DNA of 64,000 bases, taken from assembly GCA_049521795.1 (NCBI GenBank), contig JBEKOM010000001.1:224001-288000 (forward strand), given 5' to 3'. This document shows positions 46,724 to 55,633 of this stretch, piece by piece. Origin of the DNA: Candidatus Bathyarchaeia archaeon. GTDB taxonomy: Archaea; Thermoproteota; Bathyarchaeia; Bathyarchaeales; Bathycorpusculaceae. Position numbers and translations under genes: made by a program. Position 1 is the stretch's first letter; the number at the start of each line of letters is the position of its first letter. Under the pieces are notes generated by a model. It saw only the letters and a list, made by a program, of their open reading frames with translations. It searched no databases and was not told where the DNA came from.

Positions 46724-48700
46724 ATGCAGAAACAAATAAGCAAGCGTATGAAGCTCTATGGCATCGCAGCCATCCTTCTAGCCACACTACTGGTCTCACT
46801 CATCTACCAATTTGGTTATGTGTCACGAACCTCACCAAACCAGCCCTCTTCAGCCATGTCAGCCTTCTCTTCCTACGAAGAACTCACAGGATTCCTGCAG
46901 AACAACACTCAACCCCAATCGACATATCCCTATGCATTGTCTGCAATGCCGGTAATCGTACCGTTTGCCTTCGCAGCCAACGTTGCCATCTCCAAACAAG
47001 GAGAAGTAACCGAAACCCCACAATACTCTGCAACAAACGTGCAGGTCGCCGGAGTTGACGAAGCAGACACTGTGAAGACCGACGGTGAATACATCTACCT
47101 AGTCACAGGCAGCAACGTTTCAATTCTAAAGGCTTACCCCGCAGACCAAGCACAGCTTGTTTCTACGATAGCGATAAGCGACATGACGCCAGTGGGAATC
47201 TTTGTCAACGGCGACAGACTAGCCGTGCTGGGAACACTATCTATCATGTCTCAGCAGCTCATCAATGGCACAGAAATAGACTTCACAAACACAACAACCA
47301 GTTCGCAGATATACGACATATCGAACAGAACGAACCCTAAACTGTTGGCAACCTTCACAGCGAGCGGCAGCTATTTCAGTTCAAGAATGATAGGCGACTT
47401 CGTCTATCTCATCGCAAGCGAGCCGGCCCTCTACACCGATGAAGCCGCATCGAACATTGCAATTGACACGGTCAACGTACCCAAGCTCGGAATGAACGGA
47501 AACATAGCAGAGGTAGCTCCCTCCGACATTTACTACTCCAACACCACCGACAACTATTTCGTGTTCACAACGATCGTAGCGTTCAACATTCAAAACACGG
47601 CGGAAACGCCGAGCTACAAAACCATTACACTCGGAGGAACCAGCACTATCTACGTCTCGCCGAACAACATCTACATAACCTTTCCAGAACAAGACCACAC
47701 ATTGATCTACAGAGTGCACATAGAGAACAGCACTATCAATCCTGATGTAAAAGGGGAAGTACCAGGCAGCGTGCTCAACCAGTATTCAATGGACGAATAC
47801 AACGGCTACTTCAGAATAGCCACCACAAACACAACATGGATAACAAGCACGATAAACGTGATTGGAACACCAATCGTCCCGAGCCAATTCATGAACGCCA
47901 GTGGAAGTTTTGCCCGCGTCATAATACTACCACCTACTGCATTAGCAGGCGAGCACAACGTGTACGCTCTTGACCAAAACTTGACCATCGTTGGCAGACT
48001 TGAAAACATAGCTCCGAACGAGAACCTGCACTCAGCAAGGTTCGTGGGCGACAGATGCTACCTCGTTACCTTTCAGAAGACGGACCCGCTTTTCGTGATC
48101 AACCTAACCGACCCGACTGAACCAGCCGTACTTGGTAACCTCTCGATCTCAGGATTCTCAGATTACTTGTACCCGTACGACGAGAACCATTTGATAGGAG
48201 TGGGCAAAGAAACCGTGGAAGCAGATCAAGGATACTTCGCGTGGTATCAAGGAATAAAAGTGGCACTCTTCGACGTCAGCAACGTCAGCAACCCGATTCA
48301 AGTGGCTAACTACACGATCGGAGACAGAGGCTCAGACTCCCCTGTGCTGAGTGACCCCAAAGCATTCCTGTTCGATAGGTCAAAGAACCTCCTCGTTATA
48401 CCAGTCCTCAACGCGACAATCGACCAGAGTCAATATCCCAACTCAAGCGCGGTTCCCCCAGGTGCTTACGGGCAACCTGTTTGGCAAGGCGCCTGCGTGT
48501 TCAACTTGACGCTGAACGGAGGCTTCGTCTTCAGAGGCGGAATAACACACATCGAGGACGGCACAAGCATATGGGACAGCAACTACTACGTAGAACGGTC
48601 GCTTTACATCGACAACGTGCTCTACACAGTGTCCAACGCGGAGGTAAAGCTGAACAGCCTAGACGACCTAGCTTTCATAAAAGAGATCGAGATCGGCTAA
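46724..48700 (+). CDS. Secreted beta-propeller domain protein
   Basis: TNVQVAGVDEADTVKTDG, NQYSMDEY and TFQKTDPLFV motifs; N-terminal TM. Confidence 0.88.
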   Translation: MQKQISKRMKLYGIAAILLATLLVSLIYQFGYVSRTSPNQPSSAMSAFSSYEELTGFLQNNTQPQSTYPYALSAMPVIVPFAFAANVAISKQGEVTETPQYSATNVQVAGVDEADTVKTDGEYIYLVTGSNVSILKAYPADQAQLVSTIAISDMTPVGIFVNGDRLAVLGTLSIMSQQLINGTEIDFTNTTTSSQIYDISNRTNPKLLATFTASGSYFSSRMIGDFVYLIASEPALYTDEAASNIAIDTVNVPKLGMNGNIAEVAPSDIYYSNTTDNYFVFTTIVAFNIQNTAETPSYKTITLGGTSTIYVSPNNIYITFPEQDHTLIYRVHIENSTINPDVKGEVPGSVLNQYSMDEYNGYFRIATTNTTWITSTINVIGTPIVPSQFMNASGSFARVIILPPTALAGEHNVYALDQNLTIVGRLENIAPNENLHSARFVGDRCYLVTFQKTDPLFVINLTDPTEPAVLGNLSISGFSDYLYPYDENHLIGVGKETVEADQGYFAWYQGIKVALFDVSNVSNPIQVANYTIGDRGSDSPVLSDPKAFLFDRSKNLLVIPVLNATIDQSQYPNSSAVPPGAYGQPVWQGACVFNLTLNGGFVFRGGITHIEDGTSIWDSNYYVERSLYIDNVLYTVSNAEVKLNSLDDLAFIKEIEIG

Positions 48701-48759
48701 TCCCTTCTCCTCCCATTTTTTTTCACTCTTAAAGACAGAACGCCAACCGAGGAAGACGC

Positions 48760-50127
48760 TCAACTTGGCTCAACGTGAACCGTAACCGTCGTCTCCGCAA
48801 AGTGCTCTCTGACCTGCTCTTCAATCTGCGAAGCGATCCCATGTGCTTCTTCAATCGAAATCTGCTTTGTGAAACTGCAATCAATGTTTATGTAACGCTT
48901 CCTGCCGGCAACGTAGGTGACTATCCCCTTGACACGAAACGCCTGCTTACAACTAGCAGCTACTGCATGAACAATTCTCCTGATCTCACCGTCGTCCACT
49001 GCTGCCCCTCGTCTCTCCTCGAGACTCAAAGGCTCGATATGCACTGCCACGTCCTCAACGCTCTTTAATCCCTCCTCTATTCTCACCTCAATTCTCTCAG
49101 CTATTTCGTGAGCCTCCTCAACCGACAGCTTCGGATCCACGTACGCGTGCAACGTGATGTACAGCCTACTCTTCACGTATGCTACGTTGACCTCATGCAC
49201 CTCCTTTACACCTGCAACTTCTGTCGCCAATTTCTCCACAAGCTTCTCGGTCCGCATTTCTGTCACACAAGGCTCGGTGTGTATCGCAACTTCCGCGTTG
49301 CCCAGCATGTTCTTTATCTTTGCTTCAACGTTTGAGGCCAGATCGTGAGCCTCTTCAAGGCCCATGTAATCTGGGACCTGCAAAGTAGCTCTGACAAAGG
49401 TCTTCTCGCCTGCCTTTCTGATCTTCAGGTCCTCGAACCTGCAGACACCATCAGTGCCTAGAATCTCTCTCCTGACCTTGTTTGCTAAGCCCTTGGACAC
49501 GGTGTCGGTGAGTTCCATTCCGCTGCTCCAAACAAGTTTGACGCTAAGATAGGTTAACAAGGCGCCCAGAACCATCGATGCCAGCGAATCCCCGTAGTTC
49601 AATCCCAGCGCCGCCAGCCCAAACCCCACGAATGCTATCACAGTCGAACTCAGGTCCGCCAAGGCATGGTAGAACCCTGCCCTCATCGTGGAGCTTTCAC
49701 TCCTCCGCGCCCTCAAGAGCGTTCCCACCCTGAAGAAATCTATGCAGAACGTGTAACCGATTGCTATGAAACCTACGTATTCTATTCCTATGTTGACAGT
49801 CTGATGGGCCACTGTTTTCAAAACGGCCTCGTACAGTATCAGCAACGCCACGGCTATGAGCGCAAAACCACCGATAAAACCGCCTACTGACTCAAACTTC
49901 TCGTGCCCGTACATGTGCTCCTCGTCGGGAGGCTTAACAGACATGCGGGTCGCAACAAAGAGCATGAACGTCGTCAAAGCGTCAAGAAGGGCATGCAAAC
50001 CGTCACTCATTATTGCCAGACTGTTCACCATCAGGCCGAAAATGACTTCCACGAGAACGACGCTCGAAATGGCAATCGTCGAACGCATAAGCACTCTGAG
50101 CTTGTAACCGCTTTCCAAGGTTTCCAA
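48760..50127 (-). CDS. Cation diffusion facilitator with three C-terminal domains
   Basis: DGLHALLD, HMYGHEK and HALAD motifs; three EEAH...H.EP repeats. Confidence 0.92.
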   Translation of the reverse strand: METLESGYKLRVLMRSTIAISSVVLVEVIFGLMVNSLAIMSDGLHALLDALTTFMLFVATRMSVKPPDEEHMYGHEKFESVGGFIGGFALIAVALLILYEAVLKTVAHQTVNIGIEYVGFIAIGYTFCIDFFRVGTLLRARRSESSTMRAGFYHALADLSSTVIAFVGFGLAALGLNYGDSLASMVLGALLTYLSVKLVWSSGMELTDTVSKGLANKVRREILGTDGVCRFEDLKIRKAGEKTFVRATLQVPDYMGLEEAHDLASNVEAKIKNMLGNAEVAIHTEPCVTEMRTEKLVEKLATEVAGVKEVHEVNVAYVKSRLYITLHAYVDPKLSVEEAHEIAERIEVRIEEGLKSVEDVAVHIEPLSLEERRGAAVDDGEIRRIVHAVAASCKQAFRVKGIVTYVAGRKRYINIDCSFTKQISIEEAHGIASQIEEQVREHFAETTVTVHVEPS

Positions 50128-50233
50128 AACAGTCTCGCTATAATGCTCAAGAGCCGGAGATTTAAGAATTATGATGCATCAACATGCTTCGCATCTTACA
50201 GCTTATATGCGTGTTTTCCGTGGCACTTGAACG

Positions 50234-51478
50234 ATGAAGCAGATTTCACGTCGCGCTAACCGCTACTCGTTCCTCAGAGGAAATTTTCTGATTCTGATGA
50301 TAAGCTGGATACTCATGAACTTCGCGGGTCCGATTCCTCAAACGTACCAAAGCTTATACTTCAAAGGCTTAGGAGCTACCGACTTTCTCCTCGGAGTCAT
50401 AGGGTTCGCTGGGTCAATCGCACTCGCACTCGTGCAGTTTCCAGGCGGCTATCTGGCGGACAAGCATGGCAGAAGATTGCTAGTCGTAACGATGACCTAT
50501 GGACTTGCGTTGTCCTACGTTTTTTTCGTCCTCGCGCCTTCCTGGCAATTCATTGTCCTAGCCTTGATAGTGCAGAACTTCTGCCTTCTCTACCAGCCTG
50601 CGATGTTTGCAATGATGCTGGACTCAGTGCCCCCTGAGGAACGCGGAAAAGGGTACACCTTGCAAGCAGTCGTGAGCAACCTTGTATCTTTACCCGCTGC
50701 AATAATAGCAGGCTACTTGATTCTCATCTTCAATCTGGACCTTGGCATGCGAATAGCCTACTTGATAGCCTTGCTGGCATACCTTGCCGCAGCAACGTTC
50801 AGGATAAACCTCAAAGAAACCTTGCCGCAGAACAAAGACAAAAATTCCCTCAACTTCTTGGCCGCTATCCGCGAGTACCCAACGTCCGTTAAAGAAGGTC
50901 TACAAGTTTGGAGCAGGATACCGAAAGCCGTGCTCTATCTCTTTGTCGCAACCATAGGAATCACCAGCTTGGTTGCGGCTTGCCAAATGTTCTTCGTCGT
51001 CTATGCAACGAGTGTTCTCCGCATCGACAATTTTCAATGGGCTGTTGTGATGGCGTTCATGTCAGTTAGCGTAGCGATACCCGCAATTCTTGCCGGTTTC
51101 AGAATGGATGTCGTCGGCCGCAAACGCTACTTCATATTGAGTTTTCTTCTGTACATCCCAGCGATGCTCATCTTCTTGAACGCAAACTTCATCATGCTTC
51201 TTGCTTCTTTCTTTCTGTTCGGCTTGGCTCAAATGCTTCTAGGAACCAGTTTCAACTCTCTTCTAGGAGATTTGACGCCCAGAGAACTCAGAGGAACAGT
51301 CATCGGATGCGGCCAATTCTTCATGTACGTAGGTCAAGCGTTTGCCCAGCTTCTCGCCGGCGCACTCTACACGTATGTCTCGCCACAGCTACCCTTCATT
51401 CTGCTTGCGGCTAGCGCTTTTCCCCTGTCAATCATCGCCTTCCTCAAAATCTCCGACCCTAGCGCCAAGGAAGTGTGA
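50234..51478 (+). CDS. MFS transporter
   Basis: GGYLADKHGRR motif A; 12 TM. Confidence 0.92.
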   Translation: MKQISRRANRYSFLRGNFLILMISWILMNFAGPIPQTYQSLYFKGLGATDFLLGVIGFAGSIALALVQFPGGYLADKHGRRLLVVTMTYGLALSYVFFVLAPSWQFIVLALIVQNFCLLYQPAMFAMMLDSVPPEERGKGYTLQAVVSNLVSLPAAIIAGYLILIFNLDLGMRIAYLIALLAYLAAATFRINLKETLPQNKDKNSLNFLAAIREYPTSVKEGLQVWSRIPKAVLYLFVATIGITSLVAACQMFFVVYATSVLRIDNFQWAVVMAFMSVSVAIPAILAGFRMDVVGRKRYFILSFLLYIPAMLIFLNANFIMLLASFFLFGLAQMLLGTSFNSLLGDLTPRELRGTVIGCGQFFMYVGQAFAQLLAGALYTYVSPQLPFILLAASAFPLSIIAFLKISDPSAKEV

Positions 51479-51526
51479 ATTTCAGGATAGGTATTTAGGT
51501 TTGGAAACAGTATTGAAAGGGAAAGG

Positions 51527-52858
51527 TTGACCTGCATGCGCATCGTTCCCATACAGAAAGTCTTGAAAGGCCATTTTGAAGGCAAGACAGTGGCGGTTCG
51601 AGGCTGGGTCTACCGCAAGAGGGGAGAGAAGCAGACGATTTTCCTGCTTGTGCGCGATTCGACAGGAATCATTCAGTGTCCAGTGAAGAAAGCAAGCAAG
51701 GCTTGGCCTGAAGCTGAAAAGGCCACGATCGAGTCCTCAGTAACGCTTGAGGGCACAGTCAGAATGGATGCACGAGCTCCTGGCGGGTATGAAGTGTCAG
51801 CTGAGAAACTCTCAATCATCGGGTTGGCAGATCCCTTCCCAATAACCAAAGGCACAAGGGTGACCGTTGGAGAAGAACAGGAGGAAGAAGCGGACACCGA
51901 GGATTTTCTGCGAAATGTTCGGCATCTGTGGCTCCGAAGTCGAGACATGACCCTCATAATGAAAGTGCGCAATGATTTGCTGAGGTTCACGCATGAGTTC
52001 TTCAGAAAACAGGAGTTCGTGGAAGTTTCTCCTCCGATGTTCGTCACGAGCGCTGTTGAAGGCGGGTCAACGCTCTTCGGCCTGAAGTACTTCAACGAGA
52101 ACATGTACTTGACCCAGAGTGCGCAGCTCTATCTTGAAATTCTGATTTACTCACTGGAGAAGGTCTACTGTATCGCTCCGTCTTTCAGAGCTGAAAAAAG
52201 CCGGACAATACGACACCTAAGCGAATACTGGCACATCGAAGCAGAACAGGCATTTGCCGACATGAACGATCTGATGCGGCTTGAGGAAGAACTCCTGGCC
52301 TATGTCTGCAAGAGAACCATGCAGAGTTGCAGACCTCAGTTTGAAGAGCTGGGTTCCGACATGAAGAAACTCCAATCGGTCAAGACGCCGTTCCCAAAAA
52401 TAACCTACACGGAGGCCATTGAGAAGCTGCACGCCAAAGGTCTAAAAACAAAATGGGGCGACGACCTGGGCTACGAGGATGAAAAAGCCCTGGCAGACGA
52501 CTTTGGCAAACCCTTCTTCGTGTACGACTACCCAAAACAGATCAAAGCCTTCTACTGCAAAACATACAGGGACAAGCCGGAAATCGCCATGTCAACAGAC
52601 ATGCTCGTCCCAAGAATAGGCGAGATCTCAACAGGCGGAGCAAGAGAGGACAACAAGGAAGAATTGATCAGAAGAATCAAAGAACAAGGCTTGAAAGCCG
52701 AAGATTACGATTGGTACATCGACCTACGACGATACGGCACCGTTCCACACATGGGTTTCGGAATGGGCGTAGAAAGGGTTCTGATATGGATGCTCGACTT
52801 AAAGAACATAATAGACGCCATACCCTTCCCGAGGACAACCAGACGATTCTACCCATAA
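51527..52858 (+). CDS. asnS: Asparagine--tRNA ligase
   Basis: YLTQSAQLY, FRAEKSRTIRHLSEY and RRYGTVPHMGFGMGVER. Confidence 0.92.
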   Translation: MTCMRIVPIQKVLKGHFEGKTVAVRGWVYRKRGEKQTIFLLVRDSTGIIQCPVKKASKAWPEAEKATIESSVTLEGTVRMDARAPGGYEVSAEKLSIIGLADPFPITKGTRVTVGEEQEEEADTEDFLRNVRHLWLRSRDMTLIMKVRNDLLRFTHEFFRKQEFVEVSPPMFVTSAVEGGSTLFGLKYFNENMYLTQSAQLYLEILIYSLEKVYCIAPSFRAEKSRTIRHLSEYWHIEAEQAFADMNDLMRLEEELLAYVCKRTMQSCRPQFEELGSDMKKLQSVKTPFPKITYTEAIEKLHAKGLKTKWGDDLGYEDEKALADDFGKPFFVYDYPKQIKAFYCKTYRDKPEIAMSTDMLVPRIGEISTGGAREDNKEELIRRIKEQGLKAEDYDWYIDLRRYGTVPHMGFGMGVERVLIWMLDLKNIIDAIPFPRTTRRFYP

Positions 52859-52894
52859 AGCAACCCTTACAGCCTCGAAAAGACTTTGCCTATG

Positions 52895-52942
52895 TTACTG
52901 CTAGCATTACTGCCAACATTACTTTTAGCATTACTGTTGGCA
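52895..52942. repeat. Four degenerate 12-bp tandem repeats
   Basis: TTACTGCTAGCA TTACTGCCAACA TTACTTTTAGCA TTACTGTTGGCA. Confidence 0.75.
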
Positions 52943-52971
52943 CAGTTGAAACGAATTGAGAAAAACGGGAG

Positions 52972-54912
52972 CTACTTCTTCTCCAGCTGTTTCCTCATCT
53001 CTTCGTAGGTCGCCTTGACCTCGTCAACAGAAGCTTCGTCCTCCAACGTCGACACGTCGCCTAAGGGTGCTCCGACTAGTACGGCTTTTAACAGTCTGCG
53101 CATGATTTTTCCACTGCGCGTCTTCGGCAGCTTGTTAACGATCACTATCGCGTCCGGAGTTGCGATCGGACCTATCGTCTCCCTTATGTGCTTCACCAAG
53201 TCCGCGCGCAGCTGGTCTGACGGTTGGAAACCGCTTCTCAGCGTGACAAAAGCCACGGGGACCTCGCCTTTCAACGCGTCTTCCTTGCCCATGACGGCAG
53301 CTTCCGAAACCGCCGGGTGCGAAACAAGCGCGCTCTCAAGCTCCACAGTGCCTATTCTGTGTCCAGCAACCTTCAAGACTTCATCAGCTCTTCCGAGTAG
53401 CCAGAAGTAACCGTCAGGATCTCTCACCGCGTAGTCTCCACTGTAATAGATGTTGGGCCATCTTCCGAAGTACGTCTGCTTGTACCTGTCTGGATCCTTC
53501 CATATCGTTTCAAGCATCCCTGGCCACGGCGTCTTGATCACCAAGAACCCTTTGACACCCGTAGGCGTCTGCTGCCCTTTTTCATCGTAGACCTCTGGGT
53601 AGACGCTTGGCAGAGGATTCGTCGCAGAACCCGGTTTCAGCGGCACAAGCTCTATGCCCGGAACAGGAGATATCATGAAACCGCCCGTTTCAGTCTGCCA
53701 CCAAGTGTCTATAACCGCAAGTTTCTCTTTCCCTATAATACGGTAGTACCACCTCCAAGCCTCGGGGTTTATAGGTTCGCCAACAGTTCCCAAGAGCCTC
53801 AGCGTGCTCAGATCATGCTTCGTCGCCCACTGTTCACCGAACTTCATGAACATCCTGATCGCCGTCGGCGTCGTGTAGAGTATAGTCACCCCGTGCCTCT
53901 CAATCATGCTCCACCATCGATCTTGTGCCGGATAGTCCGGCGTCCCCTCAAAAATGAACGATGTTATTCCCAAGGCCAGAGGAGCGTAAACGTTGTACGT
54001 GTGACCCGTGATCCAGCCTATGTCGGCCGTGCACCACCAAATGTCCTTTTCATTCGGGTTGAAACCCCACTTCAGCGTCCAATATCCCCAGACCAGGTAG
54101 CCGCCGATTCCGTGCAGAACCCCCTTAGGCTTGCCCGTAGTTCCAGACGTGTAAAGTATAAACAGAGGCTCAGTGGCTTCCATCGGCTCAGGCGCAACGT
54201 AAGCATTCGGCTCCACCTTGCTCATCGCTTCATTGTACCAGACGTCGCGGCCTTCCTTCATCGCAACGTTCTGTCCAGTCCTCTTGACCACAATGACTTT
54301 TTGGACGCCGGGCGTGCTCTGCACCGCGCGATCAGTAGTGTCTTTTAGTGCCACCGTTTTTCCACGTCGGTAGGCACCGTCAGCCGTCACCAGAATCTTT
54401 GCCTCACAGTCGTTTATCCTGTCTGCAAGGGCTTCCGCGCTGAAACCTGAAAAAACCACCGTGTGCACGGCACCCAGGCGAGCACACGCTAACAACGTGA
54501 TCGGAAGTTCAGGGATCATGGGCAGGTAGACGGCCACTCTGTCGCCTCTTTTAAGGCCTAGGTCTTTGAAGACTTTGGCGAGCTTGTTCACTTCCCGATA
54601 AAGTTGATAGTACGTGAAGGTCCGGACCTCTCCGTCCTCGCCTTCCCAAATGTAAGCCAGCATGTTCTTTCTGGACGTTTCCAGGTGCCTGTCAAGCGCG
54701 TTGTAACATATGTTCAGAATGCCGCCTGAAAACCACTTGTAGAACGGCTTGTTCGAATCATCCAAAACTTTGTCCCATGTTTTGAACCAGTCTATGGCCT
54801 TTGCCTTTTCCGCCCAAAACTCCTGTGGGTTCTTTATTGACTTTTCCCATTCCGCCTTGAGGATTTTCCCAGGATAGACCTTCTCATTAAACGGTAAGCT
54901 TGCTTCTGACAT
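52972..54912 (-). CDS. acs: Acetate--CoA ligase (AMP-forming)
   Basis: YTSGTTGKPKG, DTWWQTETG and PKTRSGKIMRR. Confidence 0.97.
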   Translation of the reverse strand: MSEASLPFNEKVYPGKILKAEWEKSIKNPQEFWAEKAKAIDWFKTWDKVLDDSNKPFYKWFSGGILNICYNALDRHLETSRKNMLAYIWEGEDGEVRTFTYYQLYREVNKLAKVFKDLGLKRGDRVAVYLPMIPELPITLLACARLGAVHTVVFSGFSAEALADRINDCEAKILVTADGAYRRGKTVALKDTTDRAVQSTPGVQKVIVVKRTGQNVAMKEGRDVWYNEAMSKVEPNAYVAPEPMEATEPLFILYTSGTTGKPKGVLHGIGGYLVWGYWTLKWGFNPNEKDIWWCTADIGWITGHTYNVYAPLALGITSFIFEGTPDYPAQDRWWSMIERHGVTILYTTPTAIRMFMKFGEQWATKHDLSTLRLLGTVGEPINPEAWRWYYRIIGKEKLAVIDTWWQTETGGFMISPVPGIELVPLKPGSATNPLPSVYPEVYDEKGQQTPTGVKGFLVIKTPWPGMLETIWKDPDRYKQTYFGRWPNIYYSGDYAVRDPDGYFWLLGRADEVLKVAGHRIGTVELESALVSHPAVSEAAVMGKEDALKGEVPVAFVTLRSGFQPSDQLRADLVKHIRETIGPIATPDAIVIVNKLPKTRSGKIMRRLLKAVLVGAPLGDVSTLEDEASVDEVKATYEEMRKQLEKK

Positions 54913-54996
54913 CTTCCAACCTTCGGCGAGTTCGTGGAAAGACCTTCTTTCGAAAATATAAACGTTTTTGGTTGAAAACAGAAAGGGGAAAGGCTT

Positions 54997-55578
54997 CTAC
55001 TTGTTCATAGGACCTATTGGCAAGAAAGCTTTTCCATGGGCCTCGTTAAGTACTTCAGCCAAGCCCAAGTAAACCGCGCTGAGTCCACAAACGACTCCTT
55101 CGTAACCTGTTATATTCAGAAGTGTCGCATTCCCCGTAATCTGACTGGCAGTTAGCATGAAGAAGAGTATAGCTAGGCTCATGAAGACAAATTGTATTGC
55201 TCTGTTTGCTTTCAATGTTCCAAAGAACATTACAAATGTGAATAAGCCCCACATGAAGAAGTATGCCGCCATAGCTTGCGAATCATCAAAGGAGTTTGGC
55301 AATCCCGGAACTAGTTTTGGCAGCAAGATCAGGAAAACAATTGACCACCAGAAGAAACCATAAGAGGAAAATGCGACCGTACCAAACGTGTTACCTTTCT
55401 TAAACTCCATTGCACCTGCTATTATTTGAGCCAGCCCTCCGTAAGCCAACCCCATCGCCAAGATCATGCTTAAAGAGGTTGACAATAACAATCCGGCGTT
55501 GAAGAGATTCAACAGAACAGTCGTTAGACCGAATGCCAAAAGTCCAAGTGGTGCTGGATTTGCCAATTTTTCGCTCAT
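54997..55578 (-). CDS. satP: Acetate uptake transporter (GPR1/FUN34/YaaH family)
   Basis: [14 protein letters not shown] and SYGFFW. Confidence 0.93.
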   Translation of the reverse strand: MSEKLANPAPLGLLAFGLTTVLLNLFNAGLLLSTSLSMILAMGLAYGGLAQIIAGAMEFKKGNTFGTVAFSSYGFFWWSIVFLILLPKLVPGLPNSFDDSQAMAAYFFMWGLFTFVMFFGTLKANRAIQFVFMSLAILFFMLTASQITGNATLLNITGYEGVVCGLSAVYLGLAEVLNEAHGKAFLPIGPMNK

Positions 55579-55633
55579 TTCTCTTCAGCCCATCAATCCT
55601 ATTGTTAGACGCACTTCTCACATTGCTCCGAAT

